Shown here: piece by piece, positions 19,492 to 27,931 of the stretch | Numbering within the stretch: position 1 is the first letter of the stretch | Layout of the letters: each line of letters starts with the position of its first letter | Made by a program: the position numbers and the translations under genes | Assembly (NCBI GenBank): GCA_045657845.1 | Contig: JAZOTY010000139.1 | Location: 2,830-66,829 of the forward strand | Length of the DNA stretch: 64,000 nucleotides | Reading direction: 5' to 3' | Origin: Acutalibacteraceae bacterium | Lineage (GTDB): Bacteria > Bacillota > Clostridia > Oscillospirales > Acutalibacteraceae | Notes under the pieces: generated by a model | Seen by the model: the letters and a program-made list of their open reading frames with translations, nothing else | Database searches by the model: none | What the model was told of the DNA's origin: nothing

Positions 19492-19521
19492 ATTATAGAG
19501 CAACCAAGTTGTGAAAGTCAA
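19492..19521 (-). promoter_or_regulatory. Putative sigma-A promoter for serC-serA
   Basis: Minus strand: TTGACT (complement of 19516-19521), N18, TATAAT (complement of 19492-19497). Leader of about 65 nt. Confidence 0.5.
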
Positions 19522-19635
19522 CGAATTGTCACGAATTTATCAAAGTTTTTGCAAAAAAGTTGTTCTGACCCCGAAAAGATTGTTAAATTTGTAATTATCG
19601 GCGATTTGCGGACCCATTTCGAGAACGAAGCGACG

Positions 19636-19668
19636 GAAAAAGACCCGGCTGAGAAGCCGGGTCTTTTA
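19636..19668 (-). terminator. Intrinsic terminator after rnfB
   Basis: AGACCCGGCT (19641-19650), loop GAGA, AGCCGGGTCT (19655-19664). Five As on the plus strand give a U-tract on the minus strand. Confidence 0.8.
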
Positions 19669-19696
19669 TACCATTTATATAGCGTAGGAGTTGAAG

Positions 19697-20560
19697 TTAC
19701 GCTTCTTTCTCGACGGGTTTGACACTCGCGACGACCGGGTCCACGATGACCAGTTTGCCGAAAGTAGTCATGTCGATGCAGCCGACGGGGCAGGCAGACG
19801 CGCAGTCGCCGCAGCCAACGCACTTCTCATAGTCGACGGACGCTTTGAAGTTCTCGACATGGATGGCGTCGTGCTGGCAGGTCTTCTGGCACTTCATGCA
19901 GCCGATGCAGCCGACTTTACACATTTTTCTGGTCTCGCCGCCCTTGTTATGGTTCTGGCAGTAGACCACTGCTTCATGCTTGTAGAGGGGAGCCAGTTCG
20001 ATGACACCCTTCGGGCAGACATTGATGCAGATCTTGCAGGCGCGGCACTTCTCGGAATCGACTTCCGCAAGGCCGTTTTCGCCGACATGGATGGCGTCGA
20101 AGGGACAGGCCGCTTCGCAGTCGCCCAGACCGAGACAGCCGAAGGAGCAGGCTTTGCCGCCGCCGAACAGCTGAGCTGCCGTCTTACAGCTCATGTCTCC
20201 GTGATAATCCATGATGTTGCCGGCATTGGCTTCCGTGCCGCGGCACAGGACCACTGCCGTCATGGGAGTGGAGTCTCCCGCGGAGACGCCCATGATCTCG
20301 GCAACGGCTTTCGCGCAGGAGGAGCCGCCGGGGGAGCAGAGGGACGTGTCTTCACATTCGCCGGCAGCCAGAGCAGCCGCGTAACCGGCACAGCCGGAGT
20401 AGCCGCAGGCACCGCAGTTCGCGCCCGCCAGGACTTCTTCGATGGCGACCGCTTTTTCATCGACCGGAACGGCCATGACGATGGACGCGATGGCCAGGAG
20501 CAGTCCGAGTACCAGGCCAAGGATGGCGACGATGACGACCGCTAAAACAATCGGATTCAT
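19697..20560 (-). CDS. rnfB: Rnf electron-transport complex subunit B
   Basis: 287 aa. N-terminal TM helix, the CGACGYSGCAGYA cluster, and several CxxCxxCxxxCP ferredoxin motifs. Confidence 0.9.
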   Translation of the reverse strand: MNPIVLAVVIVAILGLVLGLLLAIASIVMAVPVDEKAVAIEEVLAGANCGACGYSGCAGYAAALAAGECEDTSLCSPGGSSCAKAVAEIMGVSAGDSTPMTAVVLCRGTEANAGNIMDYHGDMSCKTAAQLFGGGKACSFGCLGLGDCEAACPFDAIHVGENGLAEVDSEKCRACKICINVCPKGVIELAPLYKHEAVVYCQNHNKGGETRKMCKVGCIGCMKCQKTCQHDAIHVENFKASVDYEKCVGCGDCASACPVGCIDMTTFGKLVIVDPVVASVKPVEKEA

Positions 20561-20578
20561 TGATTCACCATTCCTTTC

Positions 20579-21166
20579 TTAAGCACCGAACATGTTCTCA
20601 ATGATACCGGTGAAGCCGAGGAACGTACAGGTGACAAGAGCCGCAGCGACGAGGGTGATGGGAAGACCCTGCCAGAACTTCGGAACGTCATTGCCTTCCA
20701 TTCTCTCACGGATCCCGGAGAACATGATCATGGCGAGCATGAAACCGAGACCGGCACCGAGTGCATTGAAGATGGATTCGATGAAATTGTAGCCTTCCTG
20801 GACGTTCAGGGTGACAAGACCGAGAACGGCGCAGTTGGTGGTGATCAGGGGAAGGAAAATACCGAGGGAGCTGTACAGCGACTTCATGTATTTCTTCAGA
20901 GTGATCTCGACGAACTGGACCAGAGCTGCGATGACGAGGATGAAGACCAGCGTCTGCAGGTATTCAAAGCCGTTCTTCTCCAGAAGGACGTTCAGCGGAT
21001 AACAAACGATGGTGGCGAGGAGCATGACGAAGATGACCGCCGCGCTCATGCCGATGGCAGTGTCCTTCTTCTTGGAAACACCAAGGAAGGGGCAGATGCC
21101 GAGGAATTTGGAGAGGACGAAGTTCTGCGTGAAGATCGTCGTCAGCATAATGGCAATTAACTTCAT
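20579..21166 (-). CDS. rnfA: Rnf complex subunit A
   Basis: 195 aa polytopic membrane protein, FTQNFVLSKFLGICPFLGVSKK... Confidence 0.93.
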   Translation of the reverse strand: MKLIAIMLTTIFTQNFVLSKFLGICPFLGVSKKKDTAIGMSAAVIFVMLLATIVCYPLNVLLEKNGFEYLQTLVFILVIAALVQFVEITLKKYMKSLYSSLGIFLPLITTNCAVLGLVTLNVQEGYNFIESIFNALGAGLGFMLAMIMFSGIRERMEGNDVPKFWQGLPITLVAAALVTCTFLGFTGIIENMFGA

Positions 21167-21984
21167 GCTTCAGCAGCCTCCTTTCCAGACTTTTCAACTT
21201 TCTTGACCTGCGGGGTGGTGTCGACCTTCGGCATGACGATGGTCTTGCCGTCAGCGACGAGGACCAGGTTGCCGTCGGCGTCTTCCGTGACGTTGCAGCA
21301 GTTCAGCTCAGCGGGGTCGCCGCCCTTGCGGGAAGAGAGCTTGTTGACCAGCGCGACCAGAAGACCGAAGACGAAGAAACCGCCGGGGGCCAGGATGAAG
21401 ATGATGATGGGTTCGAGGTGGATGGCGGACAGGATGTTGCTGTCGCCGAGACCGAAGATGTCGGTCAGAGTGGTACCGAAACCGAGGACCTTGAGGGTCA
21501 GGTTTCCGGAACCGAAGAATTCACGGATGGCAGCCATCAGAGTGAGGGCGACCGTGAAGCCGATGCCCATGCCGATGCCGTCAAGAGCAGAGAGCCCGAC
21601 GGGGTTCTTGCTGGCGAAAGCTTCCGCACGGCCGAGGATGATACAGTTGACGACGATCAGCGGAAGGTAGATACCGAGCGCGGCGTCGAGTCCGGGCGCG
21701 AAGGCCTTGACGAGCAGCTGGATCATCGAGACGAAAGCCGCGATGACTACGATGAAGCAGGGAACACGGACCTTCGAGGGGATGACTTTCCGCAGGGCGG
21801 AAATGACGATGTTGGACATGATGAGAACGAGAGTGGCGGCAACGCCCATACCAATGGCGTTCTCAACGGAAGTGGTGATCGCGAGGGTGGGGCAGGTGCC
21901 CAGGACCAGGCGAAGAACGGGGTTCTCTTTGACGAAGCCCTTGGTGAGCTCGCCGAGAGCGCTTCTCTTTGCAGCTTCAGCCAT
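21163..21984 (-). CDS. rnfE: Rnf complex subunit E (with a ~58-aa C-terminal extension)
   Basis: 273 aa. NPVLRLVLGTCPTLAITTSVENAIGMG. 4-nt overlap with rnfA. Confidence 0.9.
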   Translation of the reverse strand: MAEAAKRSALGELTKGFVKENPVLRLVLGTCPTLAITTSVENAIGMGVAATLVLIMSNIVISALRKVIPSKVRVPCFIVVIAAFVSMIQLLVKAFAPGLDAALGIYLPLIVVNCIILGRAEAFASKNPVGLSALDGIGMGIGFTVALTLMAAIREFFGSGNLTLKVLGFGTTLTDIFGLGDSNILSAIHLEPIIIFILAPGGFFVFGLLVALVNKLSSRKGGDPAELNCCNVTEDADGNLVLVADGKTIVMPKVDTTPQVKKVEKSGKEAAEA

Positions 21985-22538
21985 TACTTGCCACCTCCTG
22001 TGATTTCATTGAACTGGTCTACCGCGTCATTGACAGCGTTGACAACGGCGGTAGAGGTGATGGTGGCACTGGTGAGCGCCTGGATCTCGTTTTCGCCGGG
22101 AGCGTTCTTGACGACGGAGACCTTGCCGGTCTTGCCGACGAACTGCTCACGGAAGTTGTCCTTGCTGGCGTTCTGACCGAGGCCGGGGGTCTCGTTGGAC
22201 AGGTCGCCGGGGACGATGCCGGTGATGGTACCTTCGGAGTCGATGCCGACCGTGAGAGGTACATCGCCGCCGTAACCCTTGCTGGAGGTGTTGAAGACAT
22301 AGCCGATGACGTTGCCGTCAGCGTCCGTTGCCTCAAAATAGTTGCTCTTGTCAACAAAGTTCTTCGCGTCGGGGAAGACCGTCTGACGTGCTTCCGCTTC
22401 CGCGGCTGCCTTGGCGGCGGCGATGCGGTCGGCGGTCACGCCGTTGACCATGGCCAGGAGCAGAGTCGCGACCAGAGCGATCAGGAAAAGGGTGAGGGTG
22501 GGGACTAAGATATCTTTCGGATTGAATTTCTTACTCAT
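21984..22538 (-). CDS. rnfG: Rnf complex subunit G (FMN-binding)
   Basis: 184 aa. N-terminal TM anchor and an FMN attachment-type motif LTSATITSTAV. Confidence 0.9.
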   Translation of the reverse strand: MSKKFNPKDILVPTLTLFLIALVATLLLAMVNGVTADRIAAAKAAAEAEARQTVFPDAKNFVDKSNYFEATDADGNVIGYVFNTSSKGYGGDVPLTVGIDSEGTITGIVPGDLSNETPGLGQNASKDNFREQFVGKTGKVSVVKNAPGENEIQALTSATITSTAVVNAVNDAVDQFNEITGGGK

Positions 22539-23539
22539 GCTTTGGTCTCCTCCTTTGCCTTTTTCTGTTTCTTCTCCTTGATGAAGCCGAACGGGGTCGG
22601 AGCAGTCCAGTCCTCAAAGTACGGTACAAAGACGTTCATGAGGATGATGGAGAAGGAGACGCCTTCCGGCAGGGAGCCCCAGAGACGGATGATGCAGGTG
22701 ACGACACCGCAGAAGATACCGGCGATGAGCTTGCCCTTGTTCGTGATGGGAGACGTCGTGTAGTCGGTCGCCATGAAGATGGCGCCGAGGAACAGGCCGC
22801 CGCCGAGCAGTTCGTAAGCTACGGCATACATGTCGAAGCCCTGAGCGAACGTGCAGAAGATGGCAACGGTGGCAACGAACGTGCAGGGGATGATCGGGGA
22901 GATGACCTTGCGGACCATCAGATAGATACCGCCGAGCAGGAGCGCGAGGGCGGAAACTTCACCGATACAGCCACTGGTCGTGCCGAGGAACATTTCCATG
23001 AGGGTGGGTGCGCCTTCTTTGACGCCGTCAAGACCGACAAGGCCCATGGGAGTGGCACCGGTGACGGTGTCGACGCCCCAGCCGATGCGGTTGGTGTCGG
23101 CGAAAGCACCGGCAGACATTCTGCCGGGGAAGGCGGACATGAGGATGACTCTGGCGCCCAGAGCCGGGTTGATGAAGTTCTGGCCGATGCCGCCGAACAT
23201 CTGCTTGATGACGACGATGGCAACCACAGCGCCCAGGATGACGATCCAGAAGGGGATGCCGGCGGGCAGGTTGTAGGCCAGGAGCAGACCGGTGACGATG
23301 GCCGACAGGTCTGTGACGGTGTCTTCCTTCTTCATGGCCTTCCGGCTGAGGAACTCGGCCAGAACGCAGGAGATGACGGAGACGAGGATGACCGCCAGTG
23401 CGCGCAGACCGAAAACGAGGACCGCGGCAATACCGGCGGGCACCAGCGCGATGATGACATCGAGCATGATGCGGGTCGTGGTGGCAGCAGACTTCTGATG
23501 AGGCGAAGCGCTGACCGTGAGTTTTTTAGTATCGATCAT
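22535..23539 (-). CDS. rnfD: Rnf complex subunit D
   Basis: 334 aa polytopic NqrB/RnfD-like protein with TVTGATPMG. Confidence 0.93.
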   Translation of the reverse strand: MIDTKKLTVSASPHQKSAATTTRIMLDVIIALVPAGIAAVLVFGLRALAVILVSVISCVLAEFLSRKAMKKEDTVTDLSAIVTGLLLAYNLPAGIPFWIVILGAVVAIVVIKQMFGGIGQNFINPALGARVILMSAFPGRMSAGAFADTNRIGWGVDTVTGATPMGLVGLDGVKEGAPTLMEMFLGTTSGCIGEVSALALLLGGIYLMVRKVISPIIPCTFVATVAIFCTFAQGFDMYAVAYELLGGGLFLGAIFMATDYTTSPITNKGKLIAGIFCGVVTCIIRLWGSLPEGVSFSIILMNVFVPYFEDWTAPTPFGFIKEKKQKKAKEETKA

Positions 23540-24888
23540 TTTTTCGCACCTGCCTCTCTGATGATCGCCTTACCAAGACGCATGTACTGGACCAGCGGGC
23601 GGCCGGACGGACATGCGAAGGCGCAGCTGCCGCATTCCATGCAGGTCATGACGCTGGCCTTGTTCAGGCCTTCGACGTCTTTCAGATGAGCCTTCTTCTC
23701 GATGAGCGTGGGCTCGAGACACATGGGGCAGGCCTCGACACAGCGGCCGCAGCGGATGCAGGCACGCGTGGGTTTGACCTTCACAGCGCCTTTGGCAAGA
23801 CAGGTGATCGCGTTGTTGTTCTTGAGCAGCGGGACCTCAGCGTCGATGGTGGCAAGACCCATCATCGGGCCGCCGGCCATGATCTTGTAAGGCTCTTCTT
23901 TGAACCCGCCGCAGTATTCCAGGATGTCGGAATACATGGTGCCGAGGGGAGCGCGAACATTCTTCGGCTCGGCGACGGCGCCGCCGTCCACGGTGAGGGA
24001 GCGGCTGACCAGCGGTTTGCCGGTCTTGAGGTAACGGCCGAGGAACGAGACGGACTGGACGTTCATGACGACGCAGCCGACGTCAGACGGCAGTTTTCCG
24101 GGAGGCACCTGTCTGCCGGTAGCAGAATAGATGAGGACCTTTTCTGCGCCCTGCGGGTAGGTGGAGGGAAGGGCGATGATCTTGACCACGTCTTTGAACT
24201 CTTCGTTCTCTTCCATGGTCTGCAAAAGCACCTTCATTGCGTCCGGTTTGTTGTCTTCGATCCCGATGAAGGCATTCTGGAAGCCGAGCCATTTGACGAC
24301 TTCTTTGATGCCGGACAGGATGTCCTGCGGGTGATCGAGCATCTCGCGGTGGTCGACCGTGATGTAGGGCTCGCATTCCGCAGCGTTGATGATGAGGGTG
24401 TCGACGCCTGCGTCCTCTTTGAACGCAAGTTTGACGTGGGTCGGGAAACCAGCGCCGCCGAGACCGACGAGACCCGATGCGCGGACCGCATTCAGGAAGT
24501 CCTGTTTCGTCTCGATGACCGGAGGTTTGACATCCTCGGAGAGCGCCATTTCTCCGTCGGATTCGATGACAACGGCATTCACCATATTGCCGTTGACGAT
24601 CCGGACAGGTTTGATGGCTTTGACCGTGCCGGAGATGGTCGCGTGGACCGGTGCGCTGACGAATGCGTCAGTGCTGCCGATGACCTGACCGACTTTGACT
24701 TCATCGCCCACTTTTACCTGTGCTTCATTGGGAGCACCGATATGCTGTGACAGGGGGATGGTGACAGAAGCCGGGACCGGCATACGCTCGACAGGCATGG
24801 CAGAGGTGTTCTTGTGGTGAGCCACATGAGCGCCGCCATGGCCTTTTGCGGCGGGCTTCAGCACGCCTGCAATGTTTAAGCTTGCCAT
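23536..24888 (-). CDS. rnfC: Rnf complex subunit C
   Basis: 450 aa. Two 4Fe-4S motifs CIRCGRCVEACP and CMECGSCAFACP, and a GLVGLGGAGFPT NADH/FMN region. Confidence 0.93.
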   Translation of the reverse strand: MASLNIAGVLKPAAKGHGGAHVAHHKNTSAMPVERMPVPASVTIPLSQHIGAPNEAQVKVGDEVKVGQVIGSTDAFVSAPVHATISGTVKAIKPVRIVNGNMVNAVVIESDGEMALSEDVKPPVIETKQDFLNAVRASGLVGLGGAGFPTHVKLAFKEDAGVDTLIINAAECEPYITVDHREMLDHPQDILSGIKEVVKWLGFQNAFIGIEDNKPDAMKVLLQTMEENEEFKDVVKIIALPSTYPQGAEKVLIYSATGRQVPPGKLPSDVGCVVMNVQSVSFLGRYLKTGKPLVSRSLTVDGGAVAEPKNVRAPLGTMYSDILEYCGGFKEEPYKIMAGGPMMGLATIDAEVPLLKNNNAITCLAKGAVKVKPTRACIRCGRCVEACPMCLEPTLIEKKAHLKDVEGLNKASVMTCMECGSCAFACPSGRPLVQYMRLGKAIIREAGAKK

Positions 24889-24957
24889 TCATTCAACTCC
24901 TTCGCTTGTTGACGCGGGTGGTGTCCCGCGCTGAATTTACAAACATCATAATTTGCG

Positions 24958-24992
24958 CATGCATGCGGAGCGTCACAGTCTCCGCATGCATG
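24958..24992 (-). promoter_or_regulatory. Perfect 13-bp inverted repeat at the 5' end of the rnf leader (operator or 5' stem-loop)
   Basis: CATGCATGCGGAG (24958-24970), N9, CTCCGCATGCATG (24980-24992). It starts about 3 nt downstream of the predicted rnf transcription start site (TSS). Confidence 0.5.
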
Positions 24993-25001
24993 ACCTTATA
25001 T

Positions 25002-25029
25002 ATTATATCCTAATATATATTTTTTTCAA
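25002..25029 (-). promoter_or_regulatory. Putative sigma-A promoter for rnfCDGEAB
   Basis: Minus strand: TTGAAA (complement of 25024-25029), N16, TATAAT (complement of 25002-25007). Confidence 0.55.
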
Positions 25030-25129
25030 CGGCACAGTGGGGATTATCTGTCCGATTCTCTTGTCTATTTTTTGTCATAATGACGCGCTTTTTGTGTCTC
25101 CCGTACAGGAAACACCGGGGCGGGGGAGG

Positions 25130-25158
25130 TTGACGAATCGTGTGGCTTGGCGGATAAT
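25130..25158 (+). promoter_or_regulatory. Putative sigma-A promoter for mcsA-mcsB
   Basis: TTGACG (25130-25135), N17, GATAAT (25153-25158). Confidence 0.55.
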
Positions 25159-25208
25159 AAGTTAAGTCAAATCAGAAGAGTCTTTGGACTTTGGAAAGGA
25201 AGCATTCC

Positions 25209-25706
25209 ATGCTTTGCCAGAACTGTGGCCGCAATGAAGCCACGACACACATCAAACGGATCGTGGACGGGGAGTCCTCGGAACTGCATCTCTGCTCCGG
25301 CTGCGCGCAGCACCTGGGGTATTCCGGCATGTTCTGGGGCTTTGGCTCCAATATCGGGACGCTCCTGAGCCGCTTCTTCCCCGAGACGGCCCTCCTGCCC
25401 GAAGCGGAGGAGGAACGCTGCCCCGGCTGCGGCGCCACGTTCGATGAGATCGTCCGCTCCGGCGCCATGGGCTGTGCGGAATGCTACGATGTTTTCTACG
25501 ACCGCCTGAAGCCCTCGCTCTCCCGCATCCACGGCCGGGCGACCCACGTGGGCAAGACGAGTGCCACCCGGGACGACCGGATGGCGCGCCGCGCCGAACT
25601 GCGCCGTCTCGAAGAGGAGCGGAACGCTGCCGTCGAGGCGGAAGAATATGAACAGGCGGCGGTCCTCCGGGACCGCATCCGGGAACTGCGGGGTGAGACG
25701 AAATGA
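25209..25706 (+). CDS. mcsA: Protein-arginine kinase activator McsA (zinc-finger / UVR-domain protein)
   Basis: The ATG at 25209 (GGAAAGGAAG SD) is preferred over the track TTG at 25191. 165 aa with CQNCG...CSGC and CPGCG...CAECY zinc-finger pairs and a C-terminal UvrB/C-like helix EEYEQAAVLRDRIRELR. Confidence 0.8.
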   Translation: MLCQNCGRNEATTHIKRIVDGESSELHLCSGCAQHLGYSGMFWGFGSNIGTLLSRFFPETALLPEAEEERCPGCGATFDEIVRSGAMGCAECYDVFYDRLKPSLSRIHGRATHVGKTSATRDDRMARRAELRRLEEERNAAVEAEEYEQAAVLRDRIRELRGETK

Positions 25707-26716
25707 CCAAATGGTACATGCTCTCCGGGAACGAGAACGATGTCGCGGTCAGCTCCAAGGTGTCCCTCGCGAGGAACCTGCGGGACCACGTCTTCACCAA
25801 CCGCCTCTCCACGGAGGAAAAGGACAAGATCGCCGACGAAGTCTCCGCCGTCATTTTTGAAGAACTGCCGGAGAAGTTCGTCCTGACCCATATGAACTCG
25901 CTGTCCCGGTACGCCGCCATCTCGCTCGCGGAGCGGGACCTCGTGAGTCCGGAATTCGTCAGTGTGCAGGAGGGACGCTCCTTCCTGACGACCCCCGACG
26001 AGAGCCTCAGCCTCATGATCTGCGAAGAGGACCACGTGAAGATCCAGGCGCTTCTGCCCGGCCTCGAGCTGACCCGTTCCTACGAACTGGCCGACCGGCT
26101 CGACACCATCCTCGACGAGGCACTCGGCTTCTCCTTCGACACGAAGCTCGGCTACCTTACCCAGTGCCCGACCAACATCGGGACGGCCATGCGCGGTTCG
26201 GTCGTTCTGCAGCTGCCCGCCATGCGCATCCTCGGCCGCATCCGCCACCTGTCCAACACGGTCTCCCGTCTCGGACTCGTCCTGTCCGGCGCCTACGGGG
26301 AGGGCGATTCACCGATCGGCAGCCTGTACCTCCTGACCAACCAGGTCACCCTCGGCATCTCCGAGGAGGCCGCGCTCGGGAACCTCGACGCGCTGGCGAA
26401 GTCCATCATCGAACAGGAGCGGGAAGCCCGGAAGGAACTGATGGAGAACCTCTCGTTCCAGGACATGCTCTGGCGCTCCTGCGGCACGCTCAAAAGTGCC
26501 CGCGTCATGAGCTTCCAGGAGTTCATGGAGGCGCTGTCCGTCGTCAAGATCGGCATCGCGGCCGGCGAGTTCGACCTGCCGATGAACACGGTCAACGAAC
26601 TCATCTTCTCCCTGCAGCCCGCCACGCTCAACACGGAGGCGGGGGAGGACCTCAGCCGACAGGAGCGGGACGCCCTGCGCGCAGAAAAAGTCCGCGCCAT
26701 CTTTGCGGGGACATAA
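25703..26716 (+). CDS. mcsB: Protein arginine kinase McsB (ATP:guanido phosphotransferase)
   Basis: 337 aa. Motifs ICEEDHVKIQ and CPTNIGTAMRGSV. 4-nt overlap with mcsA. Confidence 0.9.
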   Translation: MTKWYMLSGNENDVAVSSKVSLARNLRDHVFTNRLSTEEKDKIADEVSAVIFEELPEKFVLTHMNSLSRYAAISLAERDLVSPEFVSVQEGRSFLTTPDESLSLMICEEDHVKIQALLPGLELTRSYELADRLDTILDEALGFSFDTKLGYLTQCPTNIGTAMRGSVVLQLPAMRILGRIRHLSNTVSRLGLVLSGAYGEGDSPIGSLYLLTNQVTLGISEEAALGNLDALAKSIIEQEREARKELMENLSFQDMLWRSCGTLKSARVMSFQEFMEALSVVKIGIAAGEFDLPMNTVNELIFSLQPATLNTEAGEDLSRQERDALRAEKVRAIFAGT

Positions 26717-26732
26717 GAAAGAAACAAATAAT

Positions 26733-26762
26733 AAGAGCGCTCTTATTCAGAGCGCTCTTTTT
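26733..26762 (+). terminator. Intrinsic terminator after mcsB (its right arm lies inside the 3' end of the convergent GT2 gene)
   Basis: AAGAGCGCTCT (26733-26743), loop TATTC, AGAGCGCTCTT (26749-26759), then TTT. Confidence 0.7.
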
Positions 26763-27660
26763 GATTGTCTAGGACTTCTTTGATGAGGTAGACCGGCCGG
26801 TGTTTCGTCTCCTGGAACACTCTCGCGATGTACTCTCCGAGGATGCCGATGGCGAACAGCAGGACGCTGCCGGTGCCGAGGATGGCGGGAAGGGCGCGGT
26901 CTTTTTTCTTCCGGTCGAAGACCGCGGAGCCGACGGCGGCCGCGCCGGTGATGCCGCCGAAGATCAGCGGGAGACGGAGCGGGGTCGTCGTGAAGGAGAT
27001 GATGCCGGAGATGGCGTATCTCCACAGTTTGAGGAAGTTCCATTTGGAAGTGCCGCTGAGCCGTTCCGCGGCGGTGTAGGGGATGTAGTGGGTCTCGAAC
27101 CCGACCCAGGAGAAGATGCCCTTGGAGAACCGGGAGGTCTCCGGCATGCTGAGGACGGCGTCGCGGACATTGCGGCGGAAGGTCCGGAAGTCGGAGGCAC
27201 CGCTCACGAACTCGACGTCCGAGACGCGGTTGATGATCCGGTAAAAGTTATCTTTGAAGAAGACCATGACCGGACTTTCGTTCCGGTTTTCCTGGAAGGC
27301 CGTGACGCAGTCGCACTCAGGGTGCTCCTCGAGGTAGCGGACCATTTCGACCACGACGTCGGGTCCCTGCTGCAGGTCGCCGTCCATGATGGTGAAACAG
27401 TCCCCCGACGCCTCGTTCAGGCCGGCGAGGATGGCGGACTCTTTTCCGTAGTTCCGGGAAAAGTGGACCGCTTTGACCGGCTTGTCGACGGAGGCGACCA
27501 GTTCGTTCAGGACCTCCGGGGTCCGGTCGGCACTGCCGTCGTTGATGAACACGAACTCGTAGTCGGAGACTGTGCCCTCAAAGGTCCGGACGACCGTGTC
27601 GTACAGCGGGCGGACATTGCCCTCCTCGTTGTAACAGGGGATGATGAGAGAGACTTTCAT
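26743..27660 (-). CDS. Family-2 glycosyltransferase, polyprenyl-phosphate sugar transferase type (GtrB/CsbB-like)
   Basis: 305 aa. IIPCYNEE, INDGSADRT and DGDLQ (DxD) motifs, and two C-terminal TM helices. Confidence 0.88.
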   Translation of the reverse strand: MKVSLIIPCYNEEGNVRPLYDTVVRTFEGTVSDYEFVFINDGSADRTPEVLNELVASVDKPVKAVHFSRNYGKESAILAGLNEASGDCFTIMDGDLQQGPDVVVEMVRYLEEHPECDCVTAFQENRNESPVMVFFKDNFYRIINRVSDVEFVSGASDFRTFRRNVRDAVLSMPETSRFSKGIFSWVGFETHYIPYTAAERLSGTSKWNFLKLWRYAISGIISFTTTPLRLPLIFGGITGAAAVGSAVFDRKKKDRALPAILGTGSVLLFAIGILGEYIARVFQETKHRPVYLIKEVLDNQKERSE

Positions 27661-27762
27661 GGGTTCTTCCTTTTCATATTGTTAAATAAATGACGTGATT
27701 TTTCAAAATTCTTGTACAACCCTACAGAATTGCGATTTTTTTGCAAAACTGCGTCGGATTTC

Positions 27763-27791
27763 TCGACTTTTGTCCCAAATTCAAGTATAAT
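27763..27791 (+). promoter_or_regulatory. Putative promoter for the PEP carboxykinase gene
   Basis: TCGACT (27763-27768), N17, TATAAT (27786-27791). The ~140-nt leader contains the hairpin GTTCCCG-TA-TCGGGAAC. Confidence 0.45.
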
Positions 27792-27931
27792 TGTTCCCGT
27801 ATCGGGAACCAAACGAAAACCCACTATTTATGATAGCAAATGAATCGCCAAAATCAAGGCATTCCTGCTGCCGTCGCAAAGGGGAAGTCACGGGGGACCG
27901 AAGTCAAAGTATTTGAAAAGGAGCTTGTTTC

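Noticed and set aside
19598-19612. A 15-nt identity, TCGGCGATTTGCGGA (19598-19612), with the reverse complement of 29972-29986. This suggested a shared regulatory site between the serC upstream region and the acpP upstream region.
   Set aside because: A back-of-envelope expectation for a 15-mer match on either strand within 64 kb is a few by chance. The flanking sequences do not align. Retained only as one copy of the TTGCGGAA-like octamer discussed in the findings.
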